In this document: positions 10,182 through 22,519 of the stretch, piece after piece
Numbering within the stretch: position 1 is the stretch's first letter
Layout of the letters: the number at the start of each line of letters is the position of its first letter
DNA from: Planctomycetota bacterium
Lineage (GTDB): Bacteria; Planctomycetota; UBA1135; UBA2386
NCBI GenBank assembly: GCA_965223545.1
Contig: OZ245006.1
Span: 5,152,001-5,216,000, forward strand
Length of the DNA stretch: 64,000 bases
Direction: 5' to 3'
Translations under genes and position numbers: made by a program
Notes under the pieces: model-generated
Told to the model about the DNA's origin: nothing
Seen by the model: only the letters and a program-made list of their open reading frames with translations
Databases searched by the model: none

Positions 10182-11564
10182 TCACCCAGCCTCGGCGATC
10201 GGTATGAGCTTGTACCCGAGGGATTTAGCGTTCTGTCGGAGTCCGACGATGCGTCGCTGGGTGAAGCGCTCCTCGTAGGCCTTGGCGCCTTCGTCTACGT
10301 AGTCCTGGCCGAACTTCAGCATGCGGTAGATGAGCAGGGCCAGTTTGCGGGCGATGGCAAAGATGGCGACGTTGCCGTCCTTCGCGCGGGCGATCTTGCG
10401 GAAGTGTGCGCCGAGAGCTGTCTGAGTACGTTGGAGGGACAGGGCGGCCATCCGGAGGACCGTGGCGATCCTGCTGACCGCGATGTTGTTGCGGTGCTTC
10501 TTGATGCGCTTTCCACCCGAGACGGCTTGACGTGGGCACAGGCGTAGCCAGGAGACGAAGTGCTTCTCGGTCGGGAAAGCTTCGAGGTCGTAGCCGACCT
10601 CGGTGAGCACGATCATGGCCGTGCTCGGGCTGATACCGTCGATTCGCGTGAGATCACACCCGACGAGCCGGCAGAGGGCATCGCGAAGCTCCCGGCCGCC
10701 CTTCGTTCGGATGCTCCTCTCCTTGCGGGGGTCTGGATGCTCGGGGACGTCGGCCGTCTTGGCTTCCTCCGGTTGCAGGTCCTCGATCATCGCCATCAAT
10801 CGCTTCTCGACCGACTCGATCTCGTGGTCGGTGTGCTCGAGCATCCGCAAGCCCGAAGCGAGAGTGAAGATGTGCTCCTCGATCCAGGTCCCTTGCAAGT
10901 GATCCGCGAGCTCCTTCTCGGAGATCTTGCAGCGCGGATCACGCAGTCTGGCGAGCGCTCGAGGGTCGCGTTCACCAGCGAGAATCGCGCGGATGATCGC
11001 GAGGCCGGTCTTGCCGGTGATGTCCGTTACCGCGCGATGGATCGCCACGTTCATCTGATCCAGTGACCGCTGCATCAACTGCGTGTGGCGCGTGCGCTGC
11101 GCGATCAAAGACGCGGCATGGCGTTGCAGGGTCCGCAACGCACAGATGTCCTTCGGAGGCCGGAACGAAGCGCGAATGAGGCCATAGGTGTGTAGCTTCT
11201 GCAGCCAACTGCAATCGCTGGCATCGGACTTGGAGCGGCCCGGCACGTTCTTCACCTCGCGGGCATTCGCGAGGATGACCTCGAAGCCTCTCGACTCGAG
11301 TAGCTCGTAGACGGGAATCCAGTAGACATAGGTGCTCTCCATCGCGACGGATCGCACTCCGAGCTCCTCCAGCCAGTCCGCGAGCGCCTCTAGCTGGGGC
11401 GTCGTCGTTCCGAATCGCTTGATCGGACGACTGCCGTCGGGTGCTGCTGCGCACACCCAGTGCTCGCGGCTGCCGATGTCGATTCCGGCGGCGTTGGGCT
11501 TCACGACTGGCAATACTTCCGCTGCGGGCTTCTTGCCCTTCCTCGTTCTGCTCTTCCCAGCCAT
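10182..11564 (-). CDS. IS110-family DEDD recombinase/transposase (460 aa)
   Basis: RuvC-like GIDIG, MEST, KSDASD; Tnp domain IDGIS and QAVSGG (catalytic Ser); AIARKL. Confidence 0.95.
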   Translation of the reverse strand: MAGKSRTRKGKKPAAEVLPVVKPNAAGIDIGSREHWVCAAAPDGSRPIKRFGTTTPQLEALADWLEELGVRSVAMESTYVYWIPVYELLESRGFEVILANAREVKNVPGRSKSDASDCSWLQKLHTYGLIRASFRPPKDICALRTLQRHAASLIAQRTRHTQLMQRSLDQMNVAIHRAVTDITGKTGLAIIRAILAGERDPRALARLRDPRCKISEKELADHLQGTWIEEHIFTLASGLRMLEHTDHEIESVEKRLMAMIEDLQPEEAKTADVPEHPDPRKERSIRTKGGRELRDALCRLVGCDLTRIDGISPSTAMIVLTEVGYDLEAFPTEKHFVSWLRLCPRQAVSGGKRIKKHRNNIAVSRIATVLRMAALSLQRTQTALGAHFRKIARAKDGNVAIFAIARKLALLIYRMLKFGQDYVDEGAKAYEERFTQRRIVGLRQNAKSLGYKLIPIAEAG

Positions 11565-11814
11565 ACTTCATCCTCATTGTTGTGGTGGGCCCGGCCCGAG
11601 GCGGCGATCAAACGAATCTGACCTGCGGGAGTGGGCACGGCGACGTGCCCCTCACCAGTGAAGGATGGCCAACTCGGACCCAGACTGGCTCTGGGGCAAA
11701 CGTGCTCCAGTGGCTATTGGGGGCGTAGCTGCCGGGCCCCTCACACGTTCCCCTCCCCCTTCCTCAGCGGCTAGTTTCCTGCCCTGAAGGGCCGACAAAT
11801 CTGCCGGGGCAGGA
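11565..11814 (-). ncRNA. Putative bridge RNA region in the IS110 non-coding left end (copy 1)
   Basis: Same sequence as 27647-27896; transcript ends unknown. Confidence 0.6.
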
Positions 11815-11828
11815 CTGGCTCCGTACTT

Positions 11829-12776
11829 TCAGCGCAAGCGTGTGAGGGTGGTGTGGCGGGCGGCGAGGAAGTCGCGGTAGGCGCGGGAATCGCCGACTGC
11901 CTTCTCTAGCGCGGCGAGGCCTTCCGCGTAGAGGTCGAGGTCGGGCTTGTCGCGCGTTTCGAGGTAGAGCAGGATGCCGCCCCAGAAGTCGCGGGACGGG
12001 TTGCGGGCCACCGGGCGCTTGCCGGCGCGCCACATCGCGTAGAGCTGGCGGCCGACGTCGGCGCGGCCGGCTTCGTCGAAGCGGTCGTGCGCGGCGAGGA
12101 GGTCGAGCACTTCGAGGTCGGTCAGATAGCCGGCGACGCGGTCGGCGTCGGCGGGCGGCAGCGCGCCGGCGCGGGCCAGGAGCTGGCGGGCGGAATCGAG
12201 GTCGAGCGTGCGCTGCTCGACGCCGCGCAGCAGCAGGCGACGGTAGGCGGCGGCGACCGTGTTCTCGGTTTCGCGTTCGGCTTGCAGGAAGCTCTGCGCG
12301 CGGTCGACGAGGCCGCGCAGCTCCGCGACCGACTTCTCTCGCCAGCTGGGGTGCTGGCCGAGAATGCGGCCGCTGGCGTCGAGCACGGCGTGGTGCGGCC
12401 AGCCGCTGCCGCCGTGTGCGAACAGCAGTTGGTCGTAGCCGGCATCGAGATGCGCGGTGACGTGGCAGTAGAGCACGACGTCGCTGGCCAGCGCGGCGAA
12501 CTCGGGTGCCGAAAGGACCTGCCGCTCGCAGCGGATCGAGGTGCCGCAGGGCACGTAGCTGCGGGTGAAGTGGGCGAGGATCAGCTTGCCCTCGCGGGCG
12601 GCCACCTGCCGCGCCTTGTCCAGATCCGTGTGCCACTCCGCGCGGGTCACGAACGGCGCCGCGAGCTTGTCGTGCCGGCGCGCGCGCAGCGTTTCGGGGG
12701 CGGTCGAATCTTGGCATGGAGCCGGGGCCGCGGCGAAGGCCAAGGCGAGGGCGAAGGAGGTCGGCGGAAGTCGCAT
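11829..12776 (-). CDS. Secreted thioredoxin-like protein
   Basis: Signal peptide; WHTDLDKARQVAAREGKLILAHFTRSYVPCGTS; GGSGWPHHAVLDASG (cis-Pro region). Confidence 0.7.
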   Translation of the reverse strand: MRLPPTSFALALAFAAAPAPCQDSTAPETLRARRHDKLAAPFVTRAEWHTDLDKARQVAAREGKLILAHFTRSYVPCGTSIRCERQVLSAPEFAALASDVVLYCHVTAHLDAGYDQLLFAHGGSGWPHHAVLDASGRILGQHPSWREKSVAELRGLVDRAQSFLQAERETENTVAAAYRRLLLRGVEQRTLDLDSARQLLARAGALPPADADRVAGYLTDLEVLDLLAAHDRFDEAGRADVGRQLYAMWRAGKRPVARNPSRDFWGGILLYLETRDKPDLDLYAEGLAALEKAVGDSRAYRDFLAARHTTLTRLR

Positions 12777-12931
12777 GGTGGGCGCTTCGACGCACGAAGC
12801 GGCACTGGACTCCTGCACGGAGTCGGGAGACGTTCCTCGGTTTGCTGCGCCAACGCCGCTGCGACCGAGTCCGGCGGGTATCCTCGGCGGTCTCCGTGTT
12901 TGCCCGAGGTTTGCCCCCCAGGAGGTCACGC

Positions 12932-15900
12932 ATGCCGTCAGCCCGTCGATGGACTCCGTTCTTGGTCGCCGCTTGCGCGCCCTTGTTCGCCGGCGAGAGC
13001 GCGACGGCGCAGCAGCTGCTGCGCAACATCCGCGGCCTGACCACCGATCCGGGCTCGTTCGCCGCCGACTTCACCTCGACCGGCGCCGAGGCGTTCTTCG
13101 TCGCCTACACGCAGCAATGGGGAGTCGAGCTGTGGAAGACCGACGGCAGCGCGGCGGGCACCGCGATGGTCGCCGACATCCACGCCGGCCGCGCGGGGTT
13201 CACCTCGTCGTCAGCGGGGTTCACCAGCGCGCGGCTGGCGGCGGTCGGTGCGCGCTTGTTCTGCGTCGGAGTCGACGGCACCACCTTCGGGCCGGAGCTG
13301 ATCGTGAGCGACGGCACTGCGTCCGGCACGTTCGTCGTGAAGCACATCAATCCGACGGGCCAGTCGTTCGTCTCCGCGCTGACGCCGCTGGGCAACGACG
13401 TCGTGTTCGCCGCCCACGACGGAGTGACCGGCAGCGAGCTGTGGTTCAGTGACGGGACTGCCGCCGGGACCCGGTTGGTGCGCGACATCGAGCCCGGCGC
13501 TGCTGGCTCGCTCAACGTCCTCGGTCTGGAGATGTATCCAGCGCACGGAGACGTTTATCTGCCGGCGGCCACCAGCGACTTCGGCCGTGAGTTGTGGGTC
13601 ACGGATGGCACCACCGCGGGCACGCGCATGCTCGGTGACATCTGGCCCGGCACCCTGTCGTCGAGCCCGCGCGACGTCGTTCCGCTGCCGACGGGGGACG
13701 TGCTCTTCTCGGCGGCCGCGCCGGGCGAAGGGCGCGAACTGTGGCGCGCCGATCCGGCCGCCGGTCGCGTCGAGCGGGTCGCCGAGCTGATGCCGGGTGC
13801 CGGGAGCGCTGATCCGAGTGAGCTGATCCGCTATCGCGCGCGCGTGTTCTTCGCCGCGTTGAGCCCGACGGGCGTGCGCGAAGTGTGGCATAGCGACGGC
13901 ACCGCGGTCGGGACCGCGCTGCTGGCCGATGGCGTCGGTACCGACCCGCGCAGCTTCACCGTGGCCGGCGGGCTGCTCTACTTCAGCGCGACCACGCCGG
14001 CGGCCGGCCGCGAGCTGTGGCGCACGGATGGCACGATCAGCGGCACGTTCATGGTCGCCGATTTGTTTCCGGGGACGATGGGATCGATCCCCATCCTGAC
14101 CGAGATGCAGCCGGTGTCGGGCGACGCGATCGTCTTCATCGCGGTCGACCCGATCGGCCGCTCGCTGTGGTACACCGATGGCACGCCCGGCGGCACGCGC
14201 CGCCTTCTGTCATCGCCAGTGCTCTACGATCTCGCCGCGGTCGGCGGCGGTCGGGTGGTGTTCACCGCGGACGACGGCCAGTCCGGCGACGAGCCGTGGA
14301 TCACCGACGGAACCGTGGCAGGCACCCGCTTGCTGCTCAACATCAACCCCGCGGTCGAGGGCTCTTCCGCGCCGCGCGTCTTCACTCCGTCGGGCGACCT
14401 GGTCTACTTCGTGGCCACCGACACGGCCACCGGTGCCGACGTCTACCGCACCGATGGAACCGAGGCGGGCACCATCTTGCTGCACGATCTGCCGGCGGCG
14501 GTGCAGGGCGATCCGCAGTTCTTGACCGATGTCGGGGGACGGTTGTTCTTCCGTTCGGGGCTGCAGCTGTGGACCTCGGACGGAACGCCGCAGGGCACGG
14601 TCGGCGGCCCGGTGTTCCCCGGCTCGGTCGGCCTCAACGGCATCGCCGGGCTCGACTCCCGGGCGCTGATCGCAGCGCGCGCCGGGTTGTTGGAGCAGCT
14701 CTACATCACCGACGGGACCGTCGCCGGCACGTCGTTGGTCAAGCGGGTCAATCCCACCGGCAGCGCGCAGATCCGCGAGATGACCTCGCACCGCGGGCTC
14801 GTCTACTTCGCCGGAACCGAGACGTCGATCGGTTCGGAGCTGTGGCGCAGCGACGGCACGGCGGCCGGCACGCGGCCGGTGCAGGACATCCAACCGGGGA
14901 TTGGCAGCGCGTTTCCCACGCAGATCACGCCGTCCGGAGATCTGCTCTACTTCGTCGCCGACAACGGCGTCGCCGGCCGCGAGCTCTGGGTGACGGACGG
15001 CACCGAGGCCGGCACGCAGATGCTGCGCGACATCGGGCCGGGCGCGGCATGGGGCGACGTGCGCGAGCTGGCTCCGATGTCGGCCAACCGGCTGCTGTTC
15101 GTCGCGGACGATGGCGTTTCCGGCGCCGAGCCTTGGGTCACCGACGGTACGCCGGCGGGCACGGTGCCGCTCGGCGATCTCGTGCCGGGCGGGGACTCGT
15201 CCGACGTCACCGACTTCGGTGCCGCCGCGGACGTGGCCTATTTCGCCGCCACCACGCCGGCGGTTGGCCGCGAGCCGTGGATCACCGATGGCACGCCCGC
15301 CGGTACCCGGCTGCTGCTCGACATCGTGCCCGGCGCCGGCGGCTCCGATCCGAGCGGTTTCCAGGCGGCGGGCTCGAGCCGGCACGCGGTGTTCGCCGCG
15401 ACCACGGCCGTCGGCACCGAGCTGTGGAGCACGGATGGCACCGCGGCGGGGACCGGGCTGCTCGCCGACCTCGATCCCGGCGCCGGCTCGTCGGCGCCCG
15501 CCGAGTTCACCCGGCTGGGCACCCGCTTGGTATTCGCCGCGCGCAGCCAAGCGGTGGGCCGCGAGCTGTTCGAGGTCGGCCTCGGCCCGATCGGCGCGGC
15601 GTTGCTGGAGAGCTATGGGGTGGGATGCGCCACGGGTTCCCCGCCGACGCTGACCGGCAACGGCGTGCCGCGCCTCGGCGCGTCCCTCGGTCTCGAAGTC
15701 GGCAGCACACCGGCCAACGCGCCGGTCCTGCTGCTGCTCGGCAGCGGGCGCGCCGCGATCGCGATCGGAGGCTGCCAGCTCTGGCTGCAGCCCGTGGCGG
15801 CGTTGAACGGCACCGCCAGCGGTGCGGGTCGGGCGTCGTTCCCGATCGCCATTCCGGCCAGCCCCGCGCTCCTCGGCGTCGAGGTCGCCGCGCAGGCAGT

Positions 15901-15976
15901 CGTCGGGCGCGCCGGTGGCGCGTTCGCCGGCGTCGCGGACGTCACGGCAGGGCTGGCGATCGTCGCCGGACGTTGA
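12932..15976 (+). CDS. Secreted ELWxxDGT-repeat protein with conserved C-terminal domain
   Basis: More than 15 ELW/EPWxxDGT repeats; signal peptide; C-terminal YGVGC...GGC...QA domain. Confidence 0.9.
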   Translation: MPSARRWTPFLVAACAPLFAGESATAQQLLRNIRGLTTDPGSFAADFTSTGAEAFFVAYTQQWGVELWKTDGSAAGTAMVADIHAGRAGFTSSSAGFTSARLAAVGARLFCVGVDGTTFGPELIVSDGTASGTFVVKHINPTGQSFVSALTPLGNDVVFAAHDGVTGSELWFSDGTAAGTRLVRDIEPGAAGSLNVLGLEMYPAHGDVYLPAATSDFGRELWVTDGTTAGTRMLGDIWPGTLSSSPRDVVPLPTGDVLFSAAAPGEGRELWRADPAAGRVERVAELMPGAGSADPSELIRYRARVFFAALSPTGVREVWHSDGTAVGTALLADGVGTDPRSFTVAGGLLYFSATTPAAGRELWRTDGTISGTFMVADLFPGTMGSIPILTEMQPVSGDAIVFIAVDPIGRSLWYTDGTPGGTRRLLSSPVLYDLAAVGGGRVVFTADDGQSGDEPWITDGTVAGTRLLLNINPAVEGSSAPRVFTPSGDLVYFVATDTATGADVYRTDGTEAGTILLHDLPAAVQGDPQFLTDVGGRLFFRSGLQLWTSDGTPQGTVGGPVFPGSVGLNGIAGLDSRALIAARAGLLEQLYITDGTVAGTSLVKRVNPTGSAQIREMTSHRGLVYFAGTETSIGSELWRSDGTAAGTRPVQDIQPGIGSAFPTQITPSGDLLYFVADNGVAGRELWVTDGTEAGTQMLRDIGPGAAWGDVRELAPMSANRLLFVADDGVSGAEPWVTDGTPAGTVPLGDLVPGGDSSDVTDFGAAADVAYFAATTPAVGREPWITDGTPAGTRLLLDIVPGAGGSDPSGFQAAGSSRHAVFAATTAVGTELWSTDGTAAGTGLLADLDPGAGSSAPAEFTRLGTRLVFAARSQAVGRELFEVGLGPIGAALLESYGVGCATGSPPTLTGNGVPRLGASLGLEVGSTPANAPVLLLLGSGRAAIAIGGCQLWLQPVAALNGTASGAGRASFPIAIPASPALLGVEVAAQAVVGRAGGAFAGVADVTAGLAIVAGR

Positions 15977-16022
15977 CCCGGCGGTGTTTGACGCCGCGCA
16001 CGCGCGCGCGGACGCTGTGCCG

Positions 16023-18155
<2,133 letters not shown>

Positions 18156-18165
18156 GCGCGCCGCA

Positions 18166-18630
18166 TCAGACGCGTTCGAGCCGCCCCCACATGTGGCGCC
18201 GCAGCGCGGGCCATACCGGCGTCGCCAGCCAGAGCTCCTTGTCGATCCCGTCCGCGTCGAAGCGCAAGACGCGGCGCGTCGCCCGCACCTGCAGGCGGTC
18301 GTTGAAGAACTGCTCGCTGTCGGTGCGCAGGGTCGAGGGCTCCCAGAGCGCGCGCCCGTGCTCGAGGCGGCCGCTGTTCATCGCCAGCGCGACCTCCCAG
18401 CCGCCGTCGGGCGCGGGCCGCAGCGTGCCGGCCTCTTCGTGCAGGATCGTGCCGTCGTCCGCGCGCTCGGCGCGCTGGCGGTAGCGCACCCACTCGTCGG
18501 CGCGTTCGAGGGACAGCTCCTCGCGGTAGCGCACTTCGATACCGGTGGGGCAGATGCCGGTGCCGGGCTCGCGACTGCGAAACAGGCCGAACATCGAGGG
18601 GTCGAGGTCTTGCGCGGTTGGTGGAGGCAT
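18166..18630 (-). CDS. Hypothetical protein (154 aa)
   Basis: Non-shadow C-terminal part of ORF 18166..19893; its start overlaps the stop of the upstream glycosyltransferase. Confidence 0.6.
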   Translation of the reverse strand: MPPPTAQDLDPSMFGLFRSREPGTGICPTGIEVRYREELSLERADEWVRYRQRAERADDGTILHEEAGTLRPAPDGGWEVALAMNSGRLEHGRALWEPSTLRTDSEQFFNDRLQVRATRRVLRFDADGIDKELWLATPVWPALRRHMWGRLERV

Positions 18631-19691
18631 CAGGGTGTAGTGAGGAGGGGCTGCAGGGAGTTCTGCGCGAGTGCGGCGCGGTGCGCGCGGCGCCATGCCG
18701 CGGCGGCGCGCGCAGGGGTCTGGCGGCGCGCACGCTGCCGGCCGCGCTGCGCGAGTCGCCTGCGCAGCGGCGCATCGCGATGGATGCGCACCATGGCGGC
18801 GGCGATGGCGTCGCAGTCGGTCGGTGCGACCGCCAACACCGCGTGCCCACCGACTTCGCGCAACGCCGCGATGTCGCTGCACAGCACTGGTGTGCCAGCG
18901 GCCATCGCCTCGAGCACCGGCAGGCCGAAGCCCTCGTGCAACGCGACGTGCACCAGCGCGCGGCAGCTGCGCAACAGCTCGCTCTTGTCCGCCTCGGAGA
19001 CGAACTCGAAGCCCGGTCCGATCTGCCGCAGCGGCGGCAGGCTCGGCTCGGTGGTGCGCGCGCGGCGGTGTGCCTCGCGGATCCTGCGCCCGTTCTTGCG
19101 CGCGCGGTCGTCGCCGATCACCAGCAGCGGACCGTGGCGCTCGATCGGCGCTGCGTCCGTTGTGGCGGGGATGCCGTGGCGGGCGAGCCAGAGCCTGTCG
19201 TCCACCGCCGGTCCGCAGGCAGTGCGCACGGCGTTGGCGGTGGAGCGGCTGGGCACGAGCAGTGCCTGCGCGCGGCGCGCGGCGAGCCGGAGCGCCAGGC
19301 GGTGGCGCCAGGAGCAGCCCGGCTCGTCGCGCAGCTCGGGGAACCGGGCGGCCGCCAGCCACGGCACGTCGTGCACGGTAGCGACGACGGCGCAGGGTGC
19401 GCGCAGGGGGATGGCCGCCACCGGCGAGTGCAGCAGGTCGGCGGCCAGGCGGCGCAGCAGTGCTGGCAGGTGTTGCTGGCGGGCGGTCGGTCCGGCGCGG
19501 ACTTCGATCACGTCGACGCTGGACGGCAACCAGTCGGGCGGCGTTCGATCGCGTGCCCACAGCACGACGCACCGGTGTGGTGCCGTCTCGGCGTAGGCGG
19601 CCAAGGTGAGCGCGAACGACCGCGTCACCCCGGTCGGTGGCTCCGCCGCGAGCGGGGACGCGTCGAACACCACGGTGAGGCGCCGGCTCAT
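18630..19691 (-). CDS. Glycosyltransferase family 4
   Basis: TVHDV; HEGFGLPVLEAMAAGTPVLCSD. Confidence 0.9.
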   Translation of the reverse strand: MSRRLTVVFDASPLAAEPPTGVTRSFALTLAAYAETAPHRCVVLWARDRTPPDWLPSSVDVIEVRAGPTARQQHLPALLRRLAADLLHSPVAAIPLRAPCAVVATVHDVPWLAAARFPELRDEPGCSWRHRLALRLAARRAQALLVPSRSTANAVRTACGPAVDDRLWLARHGIPATTDAAPIERHGPLLVIGDDRARKNGRRIREAHRRARTTEPSLPPLRQIGPGFEFVSEADKSELLRSCRALVHVALHEGFGLPVLEAMAAGTPVLCSDIAALREVGGHAVLAVAPTDCDAIAAAMVRIHRDAPLRRRLAQRGRQRARRQTPARAAAAWRRAHRAALAQNSLQPLLTTP

Positions 19692-20797
19692 GCGCCTGCC
19701 TCGATCGCTTCGTGCGCGGCGGCGGCGCGGTAGACGGCGGCGTGCGCGGCGGCGCAGCGGTCCCAGCGCAGCTGCCGCGCGCGCTCGATGCCGCGACGGC
19801 AGCGCGCGCGGCGCTCTGCAGCGTCGGCGTCGACGCGCTGCACCGCGGCCGCGATCGACCTGGGGTCGCTGCCGTCGCAATACCACGCCGCATCGCCGAG
19901 GGTCTCGCGCAGGGCGGGAATGTCGGCGGCGATCACCGGCACACCGAGGGCCATCGCTTCGAGCGGCGGAAAGCCGAAGCCCTCGAGCGCCGATGGATAC
20001 AGCAGCGCGCGGGCGCCGGCGATGGCGGCAAAGGTCTCGGCGTCGTCGAGTCCACACCGCCAGCGCAGCTGGCCGCTGGAGTGGGCCGCGCGCAGCGCGC
20101 CGACGATTGCCTCGCACTCCCAACCGGGCGCGCCGATGATCTCCAGCGGCGGCGCCGCGGTCATCTGTCGCCATGCGCGGAGAACGTTGTCGTGGTTCTT
20201 GCGCGGCTCGATCGTGCCGACCATCACCACCGGCCGGACGTCACCCGGTGCCGCGGTGCGCGCCGACGGCTGCACGTGATCGACGCCGAACGGAATCACG
20301 CGCACGCGCGTCTCGGGGATGGCGAGGTGGCGGAGCACGGCGTCCGCCGTGGCGCGCGTCGGCGTCAGCACGATGCGAGCGCGGGCGGCGGCGCGGCGCG
20401 TGCGTTCGAGCAGCAGGGCCGACTGCCGGCCGTGGAACCGCCGGTCCTCCGCGAACGCCAGATCGTGGACGGTCAGCACCGCGACTGCGCGGCGCACCGG
20501 CGGGTGGATGTAATCGGTCCAGTGGAACACGCGACAGCCTCCCGCCAGTCGTGCCGCGTCGACGCCGAAGCGCGCCAGCGCGGGCAGCGCGCGGCCCGGC
20601 AGCCGGCGCCGGTGTAGCCGGGCACCGTCCGGAGGCGGGTCGGGGCGCCGCACCCCGGCCCACGAGTGCGCGAACAGGTGTGTTTCGAGGTCGTGCCGCC
20701 GGGCCAGGGCGCGCGCCAGCTCGCGCACGGCGCGGCCGATACCGGCCGAGCTCAGCATGGCTGGGCGGTAGTCGAGGGCGACGGCGAGACGGGCCAT
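19688..20797 (-). CDS. Glycosyltransferase family 4
   Basis: TVHDL; VGTIEPRKN; EGFGFPPLEAMALG. Confidence 0.92.
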   Translation of the reverse strand: MARLAVALDYRPAMLSSAGIGRAVRELARALARRHDLETHLFAHSWAGVRRPDPPPDGARLHRRRLPGRALPALARFGVDAARLAGGCRVFHWTDYIHPPVRRAVAVLTVHDLAFAEDRRFHGRQSALLLERTRRAAARARIVLTPTRATADAVLRHLAIPETRVRVIPFGVDHVQPSARTAAPGDVRPVVMVGTIEPRKNHDNVLRAWRQMTAAPPLEIIGAPGWECEAIVGALRAAHSSGQLRWRCGLDDAETFAAIAGARALLYPSALEGFGFPPLEAMALGVPVIAADIPALRETLGDAAWYCDGSDPRSIAAAVQRVDADAAERRARCRRGIERARQLRWDRCAAAHAAVYRAAAAHEAIEAGA

Positions 20798-20933
20798 GGC
20801 AGCGGACGTTAACCGGTGGGCACGGCGTGCGGTGGGCCGGCGGTGCGTGTCACCGGCCGAGCCGTGCGAGCTATGCTTCTGACGGACCGCCGCGCCCATC
20901 CCTTGTGGCCTCGCGGCCGACTTTTCTTTCGCG

Positions 20934-22436
20934 ATGCACCGCCGCGCTCACGTTCTCCTGCTGCTGCTCGCGGCCCTGTTGGCCGGCGCGACGGCGTTTG
21001 CCGGCCTGATGATCTCGACCGGCCCGGTGCAGCCGGCAGAACAGGGGTCGGGGGAGAACGGTCCGGGCGAAGAGCCGGCGGCGCCGGCCGTGCTGCGCGG
21101 GGGCCCGGAGGGGGCGTTGCCGACGGTGGTGGTGTCGGTGAGCGTTCGGGGCGAGTATCACGCGCCGGCGGTCGCGCCCCCGCGGCCCGTGCTGGCGCGC
21201 GCGGACGGAACTCACGCCGAAGTCGAAGTCGAGTGGGTGGCGGGCACGGCGGCGCTGCCTTGGCTGCCCGCTGCCCGCCGCGGCCCGCAGCTGGCGCGCA
21301 TTCGCTTCGGCGCGGCGGGGGACGCCGACGACGAGTATCGCGTCGTGCGACTCGACGGTGACGAACGCGTGGTGGCGTTCCCGTTCGACGGACCGCACGG
21401 GTTCGAGGGAGTGGTGGCCGACGTCGAGGGCGCGCCGGTTGCCGGCGTCGAGATCTGGCTCGCCGGGCAGCGCACCCGCAGCGACAGCGCCGGCCGGTTT
21501 GCGGTCAGCGGGCTGCGCGGCGGCAGCGGTCTGCCGCTGGTGCTGCGCGCCGAGGGATACGCCGCCCACTATCGCGAAGTCGACGCGCGCCAGCCGGTGC
21601 GCGGCGCCTTCGTGCTGCGGCCGGCGGCGCGCCTCGACGTGGGACTCGCGGCGGAGGGCGCCGAGACCGTGTCCGTGCTGCCGGCCTCCGGCGCGGCGGC
21701 CGGTAGCACGGCGCTGCGCCACTACCCGTTCTTCATGGCCGCGCTCGAGCCGCGAGCGCCGGTGAACGAGCGGTGGTCGTTCGACGATCTTCCGCAAGCG
21801 GTGGAGGTGCGCGCTGCGACCGGCACGGGGCTGACCGCCTCCGTTCCGCTGCGTGCCGCGCCGCGTGCGGTGACTGTGCCGACGCCGGCGTTGCGTCGCG
21901 TCAGCGGCCGCGTGGTGGATGGCGCGGGCGCGCCGATCGCCGCGGCGTGGGTGCTCGCGGGTCGCACCGGCGACGCCGGGCGTCACCGCGACGATGCGTT
22001 TCTGTTGTCGCCCGCGGCGCTGCTGGCGGGGACCGCGCACACGCGTACGGGGGAGGATGGTCGCTTTTCGCTGTGGGCATCTGCCGACTGGCGCGGGCCG
22101 TTGACGGTGATCGCGCCCGGGTGCCTTCGGCTGGAGGCGACCGCCGACCGGGATGAGGTCGGCGAGCTGATCTGCCTCGCGGCCGATGTCGAGCAAGCGG
22201 CGGCGCTGCGGTTCACCGCGGGGGCGGGGCTGCGCTTGGTGTTGGAGCGCGGCAGCTCTCGCGACGCCGGCCGAGCACTGGCCGCCGGGGAGTCGTGGTC
22301 GTGGACCCTGCCGCGACCGGCGTTGTTGGACGTGCGCGTTGGTGTGGGGGCGGTGCTCGGTGAAGTCCAGCGGCTCGCCGTCGCCGGCGCGACGCCGCTG
22401 CCGCTGGCGGTGCCCGCCGGCGCGCCTGGTCAGTAG
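20934..22436 (+). CDS. Carboxypeptidase-regulatory-like domain protein
   Basis: N-terminal hydrophobic anchor; two G.V.D..GAP.A / TRSD..GRF modules. Confidence 0.7.
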   Translation: MHRRAHVLLLLLAALLAGATAFAGLMISTGPVQPAEQGSGENGPGEEPAAPAVLRGGPEGALPTVVVSVSVRGEYHAPAVAPPRPVLARADGTHAEVEVEWVAGTAALPWLPAARRGPQLARIRFGAAGDADDEYRVVRLDGDERVVAFPFDGPHGFEGVVADVEGAPVAGVEIWLAGQRTRSDSAGRFAVSGLRGGSGLPLVLRAEGYAAHYREVDARQPVRGAFVLRPAARLDVGLAAEGAETVSVLPASGAAAGSTALRHYPFFMAALEPRAPVNERWSFDDLPQAVEVRAATGTGLTASVPLRAAPRAVTVPTPALRRVSGRVVDGAGAPIAAAWVLAGRTGDAGRHRDDAFLLSPAALLAGTAHTRTGEDGRFSLWASADWRGPLTVIAPGCLRLEATADRDEVGELICLAADVEQAAALRFTAGAGLRLVLERGSSRDAGRALAAGESWSWTLPRPALLDVRVGVGAVLGEVQRLAVAGATPLPLAVPAGAPGQ

Positions 22437-22519
22437 CCGCGTCGCGTCGCGCGGCTGGCGTTCGCGTCGCCGGTGCGGCATCCTGCCGGCATGTTCGCGC
22501 GCGCTCGTCCTCGGCGGAG

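Larger units (their letters stand above)
10170..11817 (-). mobile_element. IS110-family insertion sequence, copy 1 (1648 bp including both CAG cores)
   Basis: Reverse complement of 27644-29291; boundaries set from the reconstructed empty target; no TIRs or classic TSD, shared CAG core at both junctions. Confidence 0.93.

Noticed and set aside
11829..12776. Selenoprotein (UGA read-through) in the thioredoxin-like genes
   Set aside because: Active-site positions here and at 5776-7113 use Cys codons; no in-frame TGA.
11764..13074. ORF sharing its C-terminus with ORF 25871..27697
   Set aside because: The shared tail is read-through into the IS110 left end; the real gene is in another frame (11829-12776).
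12932..15600. DNA repeats as DGR or repeat array
   Set aside because: Explained by degenerate protein-level ELWxxDGT repeats; no reverse transcriptase in the window.
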